Assembly (NCBI GenBank): GCA_963775655.1
Contig: CAVZJT010000006.1
Span: 123,940 to 187,939, forward strand
Length of the DNA: 64,000 bases
From: an uncultured Actinomycetota bacterium
GTDB taxonomy: Bacteria; Actinomycetota; Actinomycetes; Mycobacteriales; QHCD01
Direction of reading: 5' to 3'
Numbering within the stretch: the stretch's first letter is position 1; each line of letters starts with the position of its first letter. A program made the translations under genes and the position numbers. A model generated the notes under the pieces. That model did no database searches. It was not told the DNA's origin and was given only the letters and a program-made list of their open reading frames with translations. This document shows positions 23,455 to 35,900 of the stretch, piece by piece.

Positions 23455-24701
23455 GCGTCCCGGTCCTGACCGCGGTCACCGGCGCGCGGTGGGAGGCCGA
23501 TCTGGTCGGCGAGCTCGACCGGGCCGACTACGGCGTCTCGGTGGTCCGGCGGTGCGTCGACCTCGCCGATCTGCTCGCCGCCGCGGCGGCGGGCACCGCC
23601 CGGGCCGCACTGCTTGCGGCCGACCTGCGTCGCCTCGACCGCGACGCCGTCACCCGTCTCGCCGCGGCCGGTGTGGCCGTCGTCGGGCTGGTGAACCCCG
23701 GCGACGAGGTGGCCGAGGGCAGGCTCGTCGCGCTCGGCGTACCGGCGGTGCTGCCGGCCGACGCGGGCGCCGCCGCGATCTCGGTGGCTGTGCTGTCGGC
23801 GGTCGCCGGGCTCGGCACCGACTCCGCCCGCCGGGTGGTCTCCGATCCGCACGGCGCAGCGCCGCACCTCGGGGCCCCGGAAGTCGCATCGCCGGCGCCG
23901 GACGGCGACGGCACGGTCGTGGCCGTCTGGGGGCCGACCGGTGCGCCGGGACGCACCACCGTCGCCGTCGGGCTCGCCGACGAGGCGGCCCGGCTCGGCG
24001 TACCCACCCTGCTCGTCGACGGCGACGTCTACGGCGGGGTGGTCGCGCAGGTTCTCGGCCTGCTCGACGAGTCGCCCGGGTTGGCCGCCGCCGCCCGTCA
24101 GGCCACGGCCGGCACCCTCGACGTGACCTCGCTCGCCGATCTCGCGCTCGCCGTCGGCCCGTCGCTGCGGGTCCTCACCGGCATCGCCCGGGCCGACCGA
24201 TGGCCGGAGCTGCGGCCCGGCTCGATCGAGGCGCTGCTCGACGTCGCCCGGAGCCTGGTGCCGTTCACCGTCGTCGACTGCGGCTTCTGTGTGGAACAGG
24301 ACGAGGAGATCGCCTACGACACGATGGCGCCGCGCCGCAACGGCGCGACGATCGCGGCGCTGGCCGCCGCGGACGTGGTGCTGTGCGTCGGCGGCGCCGA
24401 CCCGGTCGGGCTCGCGCGCCTGGTGCGTTGCCTCGGCGAACTCGCCGACGTGCTTCCCGACCTGAGCCCGCGGGTGGTGGTCAACCGGGTCCGGAAGGCG
24501 GCGATCCCGGGCGATCCGCGCCGGGAGATCGGCGCCGCCCTGCAGCGCCACACCGGTGTCGGCGAACCGGTCTTCCTCCCCGCCGACGCTGCCGCGGTCG
24601 ATTCCGCGCTCGGCCTCGGCAAGACGCTGGCGGAGGTCGCTCCCCGGAGTCGGCTGCGGCGCGGTCTGGTCGACCTGGCCCGGACGCTGGCCGTGGCCTG
24701 A
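23451..24701 (+). CDS. CpaE/MinD-like P-loop ATPase with N-terminal receiver-like region
   Basis: VVAVWGPTGAPGRTT (deviant Walker A), LLVDGD.YGG, VVDCGF, VVVNRVR. Confidence 0.82.
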   Translation: MSVPVLTAVTGARWEADLVGELDRADYGVSVVRRCVDLADLLAAAAAGTARAALLAADLRRLDRDAVTRLAAAGVAVVGLVNPGDEVAEGRLVALGVPAVLPADAGAAAISVAVLSAVAGLGTDSARRVVSDPHGAAPHLGAPEVASPAPDGDGTVVAVWGPTGAPGRTTVAVGLADEAARLGVPTLLVDGDVYGGVVAQVLGLLDESPGLAAAARQATAGTLDVTSLADLALAVGPSLRVLTGIARADRWPELRPGSIEALLDVARSLVPFTVVDCGFCVEQDEEIAYDTMAPRRNGATIAALAAADVVLCVGGADPVGLARLVRCLGELADVLPDLSPRVVVNRVRKAAIPGDPRREIGAALQRHTGVGEPVFLPADAAAVDSALGLGKTLAEVAPRSRLRRGLVDLARTLAVA

Positions 24702-24792
24702 CGGTTCACCGCGTATGGCCGGGCCCGCATGTCGGCGGGTCCGACGTGGCAGCATGAAAGGGTCGGGCCCGCGCCGGGGAGGTGCTGCCGAG

Positions 24793-26184
24793 GTGGCCGA
24801 CCGGTTGAGCGCACTGGACGTCTCGTTCCTCTACGCCGAGGAACCGACGACGCCGATGCACGTGGGCGGGGTCGCGGTGTTCGAGCCGCCGTCGCGCGGC
24901 TTCGACTACGACCACCTCGTTCGGTTGATCGAGCGCCGGATCGCGCTCGTGCCGCGCTACCGGCAGAAGGTGGTCGGCGTACCCGGCCATCTGGGCAACC
25001 CGGTGTGGGTCGACGATTCCGGCTTCGACATCGGCTACCACGTACGGCGCAGCGCGCTGCCGCGGCCGGGCTCCGACGAGCAGCTGGCCGAACTCGTGTC
25101 GCGGCTGATGTCGCGTCCGCTCGACCGCAGCCGGCCGCTCTGGGAGATGTACTGCGTCGAAGGTGTGCACGACGGCCGGATCGCCCTCATCAGCAAGACC
25201 CACCACGCCATGGTCGACGGCGTCAGCGCGGTCGATCTGACGCAGGTGATCCTCGACCCGACGCCGCAGCCGCGGGAGGTGCCGGAAGAGCTCTGGATGC
25301 CGCGGCCCGCGCCCGGATCGGTCGAGCTCGTCCTCGACGCCCTCGCCGATCTCGCCGGCCGGCCGTCCGCCGCGCTGGACGCGGTGCGGATGGGCGTCCG
25401 TGACGTGCAGCACACCGCCGAGACGGTCCTCGGCGCGGTCGGGGGACTCGCGGCCGCCGCCCGCACCGCCGCGCGCCCGGCGCAGGACAGCCCGTTCAAC
25501 GTCCCGATCGGCGCGCAGCGGCGGTTCGCGGTCGCCCGCACCGACCTCGACGACTACAAGCGGGTCCGCAAGCAGCACGGCGGCACGGTCAACGACGTCG
25601 TCCTCGCCACGGTGGCGGGGGCGTTGCGCAGCTTCCTGATGACCCGCGGTGAGCCGGTGACGAGCACCTCGGAAATCCGGGCGATGGTTCCGGTGTCGGT
25701 GCGCACCGACACCGATCAGGGGCCGACAGGCAACCGGATCCTGTCCTACTTCGTCGATCTCCCGGTGGGCGAGCCCGACCCGCTCATCCGGTTATCCCGG
25801 GTGAGTTACGCGATGGCGGCGCACAAGGAAGCCGGCCAGTCGGTGGGTGCCGACGCGTTGATCCGGCTGTCGGGCTTCGCCCCGCCGACCCTGCACGCGA
25901 TGGGTGCCCGCGCCGCGAGTGGCCTGTCGCGTCGGCTGTTCAACGTCGTCGTGACCAACGTCCCGGGCCCGCAGATGCCGCTGTACGCCGCGGGTGCCAG
26001 GATGCTCGAGGTGTTCCCCGTCGTCCCGCTGGCCAAGGGTCAGGCCGTGTCGATCGGGCTCACGTCCTACGACGGCGGTGTCTACTACGGCCTCAACGCC
26101 GACCGCGACGCGATGAGCGACATCGGCATCCTCGCGTCGCTGATCGAGGAGTCCCTGGCCGAACTGGTGGGCCTGCTCCCGTGA
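24793..26184 (+). CDS. Wax ester/triacylglycerol synthase (WS/DGAT)
   Basis: LSALDVSFL, PMHVG, PLDRSRPLWE, catalytic HHAMVDG, TNVPGP. Confidence 0.94.
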   Translation: MADRLSALDVSFLYAEEPTTPMHVGGVAVFEPPSRGFDYDHLVRLIERRIALVPRYRQKVVGVPGHLGNPVWVDDSGFDIGYHVRRSALPRPGSDEQLAELVSRLMSRPLDRSRPLWEMYCVEGVHDGRIALISKTHHAMVDGVSAVDLTQVILDPTPQPREVPEELWMPRPAPGSVELVLDALADLAGRPSAALDAVRMGVRDVQHTAETVLGAVGGLAAAARTAARPAQDSPFNVPIGAQRRFAVARTDLDDYKRVRKQHGGTVNDVVLATVAGALRSFLMTRGEPVTSTSEIRAMVPVSVRTDTDQGPTGNRILSYFVDLPVGEPDPLIRLSRVSYAMAAHKEAGQSVGADALIRLSGFAPPTLHAMGARAASGLSRRLFNVVVTNVPGPQMPLYAAGARMLEVFPVVPLAKGQAVSIGLTSYDGGVYYGLNADRDAMSDIGILASLIEESLAELVGLLP

Positions 26185-27146
26185 GCGCGGGGAAGAGCCG
26201 CCGGGGCCTGGTGCTCGGCGCCGGCGGCGTGCTGGGCTTCACCTGGACGGTCGCGGCGTTGCACGCCTTCGAACAGTTCGTCGGCGTCGACGCGCGCAGT
26301 GTCGAGATCTGCGTCGGGACCTCGGCGGGGTCGGTCGCGGCGGCGCTGCTCAGCCACGGGGTGTCGGTCGACGCCATGCTCCGCCACCAGCGCGGTGCCT
26401 CGCGGGCCGACGACCCGTTCATCAGCTGGGACTACGACGGCGACACCGGTGGCTCGCTACCGCCGCGGCCCGGGTTCGCACTCGGGTCCCCGCGGCTCAT
26501 CACCCAGGTGGTGCGGCACCCGCGCCGGATCCCGGCCGCCGCGGCGTTGTCCGGCCTGCTGCCGCGCGGACGGGGCACGCTCGAGCCGGTCCGCCGGATG
26601 GTCGACGACCTGGCCGGCGACGGCCCGTGGCCGCGGCAGCCGCACCCGTGGATCGTCGCCTTCGACTACGACGCCGGCCGCCGGGTGGCGTTCGGCCGAG
26701 ACGGTGCGCCGGCTGCGCGGCTCGTCGACGCGGTGACCGCCTCGTGCGCCATCCCCGGGTGGTACGCGCCGGTGACGATCGACGACCGGCGCTACATCGA
26801 CGGCGGGGTGTGCTCGCCCACCTCCCTCGATCTGGTGGCCGGCCAGGGTCTCGACGAGGTGGTCGTCCTCGCGCCGTTGATCTCGTTCGCCTTCGACCGG
26901 CCACGGTCGGCGGTGGCCCGGGTCGAACGCGGCTGGCGGCGCGGCCAGACCCGCCGGTTGCTGCACGAGGCGGAGAAGGTGCGGGCCGCCGGCACCGAGG
27001 TGACGATGCTCGGCCCCGGCCCGGAGGATCTCACGGCGATCGGATCCAACCTGATGAACCCGAAACGACGCGGGCAGGTGCTCGACACCGCCCTGCGCAC
27101 CTGCTTCGCGGCGCTGACCGCCCTTCCGGCCGAGGCCCGCCGGTGA
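26181..27146 (+). CDS. Patatin-like phospholipase
   Basis: LGAGGVLG, GTSAG, ASCAIPG, DGG. Confidence 0.92.
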   Translation: MSAGKSRRGLVLGAGGVLGFTWTVAALHAFEQFVGVDARSVEICVGTSAGSVAAALLSHGVSVDAMLRHQRGASRADDPFISWDYDGDTGGSLPPRPGFALGSPRLITQVVRHPRRIPAAAALSGLLPRGRGTLEPVRRMVDDLAGDGPWPRQPHPWIVAFDYDAGRRVAFGRDGAPAARLVDAVTASCAIPGWYAPVTIDDRRYIDGGVCSPTSLDLVAGQGLDEVVVLAPLISFAFDRPRSAVARVERGWRRGQTRRLLHEAEKVRAAGTEVTMLGPGPEDLTAIGSNLMNPKRRGQVLDTALRTCFAALTALPAEARR

Positions 27147-27640
27147 GGGTCTACCTCCCCGCGACGGTGCCGGCCCTGCGCGCGCTGCTCGACAGCGGGA
27201 CGATGGGATCCGCGCCGGTGACGGCGTTCGCGGTCACCCCGGCGCTGCGCGAGTGGTACGTCGACGAGGACGCCGAGTCGCTCGAATACGCCGCGCTGCT
27301 CGCCGCGGCCCGGGGCGCGTTGCGGCTGCTCGACGACGACCCGGCGGCGCCCCGCCGCCGCGTGGTTGTCGTCGCGGACGTGCCCGACGCGGACGTCACG
27401 CCCCGACCGGATCTGGATCGGGCCGTGGTGCGGCTCGGCCAGCCGGTCGTCATGGACCAGGTCGTCGCCGCCCACCTCGACGACGCGGCGGCCGAGGATG
27501 CCGTGGCGAAGGCCGCGCGGTCGGTCCTCGATGCCGACCTCGGCAGTGCCGACGCGCAGTTCGTGGTGGACGGCGCCGAGGGCTACGACCTGGGCTGGTA
27601 CGCCACCCAGGAGCTTGGTCCGCTGGTCGAACTACTCTGA
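27143..27640 (+). CDS. DUF6912-like conserved protein
   Basis: VRVYLPAT, FAVTPALREWY, EYAAL..AAR, RRVVVVADV, L.WYATQE. Confidence 0.75.
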   Translation: MRVYLPATVPALRALLDSGTMGSAPVTAFAVTPALREWYVDEDAESLEYAALLAAARGALRLLDDDPAAPRRRVVVVADVPDADVTPRPDLDRAVVRLGQPVVMDQVVAAHLDDAAAEDAVAKAARSVLDADLGSADAQFVVDGAEGYDLGWYATQELGPLVELL

Positions 27641-27675
27641 CTTGCCAGGTCCGTCGTCGTACCGGGGAGCCCGCC

Positions 27676-29304
<1,629 letters not shown>

Positions 29305-29350
29305 GGGTCCACCAGCTCGAAACCCTTGTGGGGCCGGCTAATCAGCCTCG

Positions 29351-31732
29351 TTACTCGATGGGGCCGATCGGACGGCGGAAGCCGTCGGCGTGCCGGCGGG
29401 CCGGTGCCCGACCGGGCGGCTGGGTGGGGGTCGGGCGGTTCGGCGGCGGGGGGATGGGGCGCACGAGTCGTTCCCGTGCGGGGACGACGACGGACTTTCC
29501 ATGGTGGACGATGGTCATCGGATTGCCGTCGCCGACCCGGTAGGTCGCCGACTCGTGGGTGACCTCGACCCGCAGACGTTGCCCGCGCAGGTAGACGTTG
29601 AACGCGAGCCGGCTCAGACCGTCCGGCAGCCGCGGCGCGAACCGGATGGTGTCGCCCTTCTGCCGCATGCCGCCCAGCCCGACGACGAGCGCGATCCACG
29701 CCCCGGCCAGCGACGCGATGTGCAGACCGTCCTGGGTGTTGTGCTCGAGGTCGTCGAGGTCGATGAGTGCCGCTTCACCGAGGTAGTCGTGTGCCAGGTC
29801 GAGATGTCCGACCTCCGCGGCCATCACCGCCTGGCAGCAGGCAGACAGCGACGAGTCGCGCACCGTCAGGCGTTCGTAGTAGGCGAAGTTGCGAGCCTTC
29901 TCTTCGTCGGTGAAGGCGTCACCGCGCAGTTGCATCGCGAGCACCAGGTCGGCCTGCTTGACCACCTGTTTGCGGTAGAGATCGAAGTAGGGGAAGTGCA
30001 GCAGCAGCGGGTACTGCTCGGGCTTCGTGTTGGCGAAGTCCCACTCCTGGTGCCGGGTGAAGCCGGCGGCCTGGGGGTGGACTCCGAGCGCTTCGTCGTA
30101 CGGGATCAGGGTCGCCTCGGCCGCGTCCCGCCACGAGGCCATTTCCTCGGCGTCGATACCGAGTTCCAATGCCTTTCCGGGGTGCCGCGCGGCGGCGTCG
30201 GCCGCGGCCCGCAGGTTCTGCTGCGCCATCAGGTTGGTGTAGATGTTGTTGTCGGCAATGGCGCTGTACTCATCGGGCCCGGTGACACCGTCGAGGCGGA
30301 ACCGGCCCTCCGGGTCGTGGTGGCCGAGAGAGCGCCAGAGCCGCGCGGTCTGCGCGAGCAGTTCAACGCCGACGGACTCTTCGAAGTCGCTGTCGGCGGT
30401 GGCGTCGACGTAACGGACGACGGCGTCGGCGATGTCGGCGCCGACGTGGAATGCCGCCGTGCCCGCCGGCCAGTATCCGGAGCACTCCTCACCGCGGATG
30501 GTGCGCCACGGGAACGCCGCTCCCTCTAACCCGAGCTGTCTGGCCCGTTCCAGCGCGAGCGGCAGGGTGGCGTGCCGCCAGCGCAGGGCGTGCGCGGCCG
30601 CGTCGGGGACGGTGAAGATGAGCACCGGCAACACATAGGTCTCGGTGTCCCAGAAGCAGTGCCCGTCGTACCCGGGACCGGTGAGACCCTTCGCGGGGAT
30701 CGACCTGCCCTCGGCCCGGGCTCCCGCCTGCAGCACGTGGAACAACGCGAACCGCACGGCCTGCTGTACCTCCGCGTCGCCGTCGAGTTCGACGTCGGAG
30801 TGGTCCCAGAACTCGTCGAGGTAGGAACGTTGCTCGGCGAGCAGCCCGTCCCAGCCGGTCTGCCGGGCGCCGACGAGGGCCGCGCCGACCTGGTCCCGCA
30901 CTCCTGGCAGCGAACGGGTGGCCGACCAGCCGTAGGTGACGAACTTGATGATCCGTAGCCGCTGGCCGGGTTGCAGCGTGGTCGTCATCGTCACCCGGCC
31001 GACGTCGGGTGAGCTCTCCGACTCGACGTGGACGTCGGCCGGCTCGGTGACGATGTGGTCCATCGCCGCCGCCATCCGCAGTTCGCTACGGGACGTGCGG
31101 TGGACCAGCTCCACCCGGGCGTTGCGCGCCCCGTGTTGTTCGGAACGTAACGGGGGAGCGAGGGCGGTGGACCGCCGTGGGTCGTTCCCGAACGTGGGCA
31201 GCTGTTCGTTGGCGACCAGCTCGGACTGCACCACGATGCGCGCCGGGCCGTCGATCGGCTCGACCTCGTAGCAGATCGCCGCGACCGACCGTTGCACGAA
31301 GGAGACCATCCGGTCGGACGTGACCCGGACCGTGCGCCCCGCGGGCGACTGCCACTCGGCCTGGCGGTGCAGCACCCCGGTCCGGAAGTCGAGAACGCGC
31401 TCGTGGCTGTGGAGTTCGCCGTACCGGATGTCGAAGGGCTCGTCGTCGACGAGGAGCCGGATCAGTTTCCCGTTGGTGACGTTGATGATCGTCTGGCCGG
31501 ACTCCGGGTAGCCGTAGCCGGCTTCGGCGTACGGGAGTCCGCGCAGCTCGAAGACGCCGTTGAGATAGGAGCCGGGCAGACCGTGCGGCTCGCCCTCGTC
31601 GAGGTTGCCGCGCCAGCCGATGTGTCCATTGGACAGGGCGAAGACCGACTCGGTCTGCGAGAGCACCTCCAGGTCGGGCCCGGTGACCCGAAGGCACCAC
31701 GGCTCGACGGCGAACCCCGGGTGGGCGATCAC
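29351..31732 (-). CDS. Glycoside hydrolase family 65 (trehalose/kojibiose phosphorylase-like)
   Basis: [44 protein letters not shown]. Confidence 0.93.
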   Translation of the reverse strand: MIAHPGFAVEPWCLRVTGPDLEVLSQTESVFALSNGHIGWRGNLDEGEPHGLPGSYLNGVFELRGLPYAEAGYGYPESGQTIINVTNGKLIRLLVDDEPFDIRYGELHSHERVLDFRTGVLHRQAEWQSPAGRTVRVTSDRMVSFVQRSVAAICYEVEPIDGPARIVVQSELVANEQLPTFGNDPRRSTALAPPLRSEQHGARNARVELVHRTSRSELRMAAAMDHIVTEPADVHVESESSPDVGRVTMTTTLQPGQRLRIIKFVTYGWSATRSLPGVRDQVGAALVGARQTGWDGLLAEQRSYLDEFWDHSDVELDGDAEVQQAVRFALFHVLQAGARAEGRSIPAKGLTGPGYDGHCFWDTETYVLPVLIFTVPDAAAHALRWRHATLPLALERARQLGLEGAAFPWRTIRGEECSGYWPAGTAAFHVGADIADAVVRYVDATADSDFEESVGVELLAQTARLWRSLGHHDPEGRFRLDGVTGPDEYSAIADNNIYTNLMAQQNLRAAADAAARHPGKALELGIDAEEMASWRDAAEATLIPYDEALGVHPQAAGFTRHQEWDFANTKPEQYPLLLHFPYFDLYRKQVVKQADLVLAMQLRGDAFTDEEKARNFAYYERLTVRDSSLSACCQAVMAAEVGHLDLAHDYLGEAALIDLDDLEHNTQDGLHIASLAGAWIALVVGLGGMRQKGDTIRFAPRLPDGLSRLAFNVYLRGQRLRVEVTHESATYRVGDGNPMTIVHHGKSVVVPARERLVRPIPPPPNRPTPTQPPGRAPARRHADGFRRPIGPIE

Positions 31733-32475
31733 GTGGGCTCGTCGAGGAGCTCGGCGAGGTCCTTGACCACGCGGTCGGCACCGTGTTCCCGCAGCGCCTC
31801 GGCCTGCCCCACCCGGTCGACGCCGATCACGATTCCGAAGTTGCCGGCCCGGCCGGCCTCGACGCCGGCGAGCGCGTCCTCGAAGACCGCCGCGTCGGCG
31901 GGTGGTACGCCGAGGGCCCGGGCACCGGCGAGGAACGTGTCCGGTGCGGGCTTCCCCTTCAGCGAGTCGCGGGTCGCGACCACGCCGTCGATCCGGGCTT
32001 CGAACAGATCTTCGATCCCCGCCGCCACCAGGACATCGCGGCAATTGGCGCTCGACGACACGACCGCCCGACGGATGCCCGCCTCCGCCACGGTCTTCAC
32101 GTAGCGCACCGAGCCGGGGAAGGCTTCAACGCCGCTCTCACGGATCTTCTTGAGCAGCAGGGCGTTCTTGCGGTTGCCCAAACCGTTGACCGTCTCCGCC
32201 GACGGTGGGTCGTCGGGATCACCTTCAGGGAGCTCGATCCCGCGTGCGGTGAGGAAGGACTGCACACCGTCGGCGCGGGGCTTTCCGTCGACGTAGCGGT
32301 CGTAGTCATCGGCGATGTCGAACGGAACGAAGGGCTCACCGGTGCGCTGCGCCCGCTCCTGCAGGTAACCGTCGAAGGTCTCCCGCCACGCCGCCGCGTG
32401 CACCTTCGCGGTCTGGGTCAGGACGCCGTCGAGGTCGAACAGGCACGCTTTCACGTGATCCGGGAGACCCAGCAC
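31729..32475 (-). CDS. Beta-phosphoglucomutase-family HAD hydrolase
   Basis: [33 protein letters not shown]; coupled to the GH65 gene. Confidence 0.92.
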   Translation of the reverse strand: MLGLPDHVKACLFDLDGVLTQTAKVHAAAWRETFDGYLQERAQRTGEPFVPFDIADDYDRYVDGKPRADGVQSFLTARGIELPEGDPDDPPSAETVNGLGNRKNALLLKKIRESGVEAFPGSVRYVKTVAEAGIRRAVVSSSANCRDVLVAAGIEDLFEARIDGVVATRDSLKGKPAPDTFLAGARALGVPPADAAVFEDALAGVEAGRAGNFGIVIGVDRVGQAEALREHGADRVVKDLAELLDEPT

Positions 32476-32549
32476 ACAATCAAGTCTAGGCGACCGGCGA
32501 CCGTTCCTCGGTCGTTGGGCCAGCCCCGACGAGTTGGATCATGCAGCGA

Positions 32550-32888
32550 CTAGGTGAGGAGCTGCTTCGCCACCGTGAGGAGCACGGCGGAATCCTCCAG
32601 TGCCAGGAGCGAATGCGCGTCCGGCGGAACGACCAGCAGGTCGCCCTGACGGCCCTCCCACGACACCTCGCCGGAGCTCAGCCGGACCCGGCCGCGCAGG
32701 ACGTGCACGGTGGCTTCGCCCGGGTTCTCGTGTTCGGCGAGCGACATGCCCGCCTGAATGGCGATGACCGTCTGGCGCAGGTGGTGCTCGTGCCCGCCGT
32801 AGACAGTGGTCGCGCTTCTGCCGCTCGATGCCTGCGCCGCTCTCGCCGACTGTTCGCGCACCAGGGCATCGAGCGAGAGCTTCTCCAT
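32550..32888 (-). CDS. Cupin-domain protein
   Basis: GRSATTVYGGH...LRQTVIA, EHENPGEATVHVL.G, HSL.ALEDS. Confidence 0.85.
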   Translation of the reverse strand: MEKLSLDALVREQSARAAQASSGRSATTVYGGHEHHLRQTVIAIQAGMSLAEHENPGEATVHVLRGRVRLSSGEVSWEGRQGDLLVVPPDAHSLLALEDSAVLLTVAKQLLT

Positions 32889-32926
32889 GTGCGCAGCGTA
32901 GAGGAGTCGGTGTGCCGCGGACCCGG

Positions 32927-35900
32927 CTATTGCCGGAGCACACCGCCGGCCGCGACCTGGACGGCGCTGACGCGCCCGCCGACGACGAGCACGCCGCGCC
33001 CGGGCGGTGCCGGGCCGACGCCGCGCGGGAGCCGGACGCCGAGCAGGTCGCCGTCCGTGGGGCCCGGCGAGAGCAGCAAGCCGCACCGGTCGGCGCGAAC
33101 GGTCACGGCCGGCCCCCGGAAGAGCATGGCGACCTCGTCGTTGCGGCCCGCTGCGATCACGGCACGCACGCCGTCGTCGGACTTCAGTACGTCGGTGACC
33201 ACGTCGCCGGCTGCGGTGTCGGTCAGTAGCGCGATGTCGTCGACGACGGCGACGACCGGACCGGCCTCGAGCGCCTCGCCGAGCGGTCCGGCGTCACCCG
33301 GGCCGAAGACGCCGCGGACACCGGGCGTGCCGGCGAGCGCGCGCAGCGGGGACCGGCGGGCGGCGACGACCGCGATCGGAGTGCCCTGGGCGAGCAGGCT
33401 GCGCGCCATGGTGCGCAGCGCCGTCGACCGGCCGCTCCGGGCCGGGCCGGCGATGAGGAAGCCGGGGCCGTCACGGGCGAGGTCGACCCCGACGGCATCC
33501 GCGTCGTCCCCGCCCACGCCGACCAACGCCCAGAGCGGACCGGGCGCCGCCGGCACGACGATGTCGGCCGGGTCGACGCTGGCCGGGAGGGAGCGCACGC
33601 GGAACGCGCGCGGTCGGGTGGTGGGCACGCCATTCGCCGCCCTCCTCGCGATGTCGCCGAGCGCGGCGGCCTGCGCCCGCCCGGACGGGTCCGGACCCAA
33701 CAACGCCACCTGCGCCTCGACGGCACCGTCGACCACGATGATCCGCCCGTCCGGCATCGCGTCGGGGATCGCCCGGGCGGGCAAGCCGGCGAGGCCGTAG
33801 TCGAGCGAGTCGGCGCAGCTGAGCATGATCTTCGTCGGGAGCGCCGCGGAGATCCGACCGGTCAGGGCGGCCCGGTCACCGGTGACCACCACCCGCAGGC
33901 CGGCGGCGGCCCCTTCCCGCGCGAGCCGGAGCAGGGTCTCGACCGGGCGTCCCCCGTCGACCTCGTCGTAGGCCGCCTGGAATCCCGCCCAGCCGTCGAT
34001 GAGAAGCAGCAGCCACGCCAGCCGATCGGCCTCCGGGACGGCCGCCCGTTGCTCGGTCACCGACGCGAAACCGCGGGCCCCGAGCAGCGCCTGGCGCCGG
34101 TCGACCTCGCCGGCCAGTCGGGTGAGCATCCGGTCGCCGCGGTCGACGTCGCGGCGCCCGCACACCGCGCCGCAGTGCGGCAGGTCTTTGGCGGCGGACA
34201 GGGCCCCGCCCGCGCAGTCGAGTACGTAGAGGTGCAGATCCTCCGGCGTGAACCGGCTTGCCGCCGCACCGGCGATGGTGCGCAACGTCGTCGACCGGCC
34301 GCTGCGTGGGCCGCCGGCGACCAGCACCGATCCGCCCCGGGCGAGGTCGATCGCGTGGGTGCCCTGTCGCTGCTCGGCGGGATGGTCGGCCAGCGCGAAG
34401 GGCAGCACATCGCCGGTGCGGTCGCCGAGATCGGCGAGCGTCACCACGGTGGGCAGCGGCGGCAACCACGGACGGCGCGGTGGATCGGTGTGCGGGTCGA
34501 CGGCGGAGCGGATCGCCGCGACCGTCGTACGCAGATCGGTGTCGGCGTCATCGATCGGATCGGCCGGTGTGCCATCGATGTCGCCCGCCGTGGACCACGG
34601 ACTGAGGCACACGGTGGGTCGGTCCGGCCGGGTCGGTGACCCGCCGTGTCGGCCGCCGACCCGCGCCGCCTGGAACTCCACCGGCGCTCCGGTGGCCGTC
34701 CGTGCGAAACCGCGTCCGGGTCGGCTCGCCGAGATGCGGGCGGCGTCCGCGAGGTCGAGGACGTCGCGGGACTCGCTGTCGTCGGTCATGCGGAGCGCGA
34801 GCCGCAGACTCGTGTTGGCCCGGATCACCGGCGAGACCACCCCGGAGGGACGTTGGGTGGCAAGGATCAGGTGTACACCGAGCGACCGACCGCGCATCGC
34901 GATGCCGACCAGGCCGGTGACGAAGTCGGGGAGTTCGTCGACCAGGGTGGCGAACTCGTCCACGACGATCACGAGTCGGGGCAGCGGCTCGGCCGAACCT
35001 GCACGGGCGCGCAGGTAATCGTCGATGTCCTTGGCGCCCTCCGAGGAGAGCAGGCGTTCGCGACGCGCTACCTCGGCGTCGAGGCTCCGCAACGCCCGCC
35101 GGGTCAGATGGTGGTCGAGATCGGTGACCAGGCCGACGGTGTGGGGGAGGTCGGCGCAGTCCTTGAATGCCGCGCCGCCCTTGTAGTCGATGAGCACGAA
35201 CGTCATCTGGTCCGGGCCGTTGGTGATCGCGAGGCCGAGGACGACGGTCTGCAACAGCTCGGACTTCCCCGACCCGGTCGTTCCCGCGACGAGCGCATGC
35301 GGTCCGTCCGCCACCAGGTCGACGGCGTAGGCGCCCTGCGCGGATTCGCCCAGCACCACCCGGGTCGTTGGAAGGTCGGGCCGTCGATGGGCGCGGATCG
35401 CCTCTGCCGTCGGGACGTCGACGCCGAACAGGTCGAGCAGTCGGGACGCCGGTGGGGGGCCGTCCCGTGCGTCGCCGCCGCCGAGCCGCAGCGGTGCCAG
35501 CGCGCGGCACACGTCGTTCGCCCAGGCGAGGCCGGCGCCGTCGACCACGATCTGCTCGATCGGCGGGTCGTCACCCGCCACCAGCCGGAGCCGGGTGCCG
35601 ACCTCGCCGATGACCTCGACCAGCGCGCCGCATTCGGCGGGCAGCAAGCGGGCGGCACGGTCGGCGCAGATCGCGTAGATCCCGAGAGCCGGCCCCTCGT
35701 CGAGCAACCGCGCCACTCCCGGATCGTCCCGTAGCAGCGACGCACGGTCGATCAGGATCACGATGGACGGTTCGGTCCACCCGGCGACACGGGTCTGGCG
35801 GTCTCTCGATCGCGCCCCCAGCAGCGACAGCAGCTCGCCGACCCGCCGACGGCGCTGATCTCCGGTGACGCCGATCCGCCTGCCACCATCGGGTCCGGAC

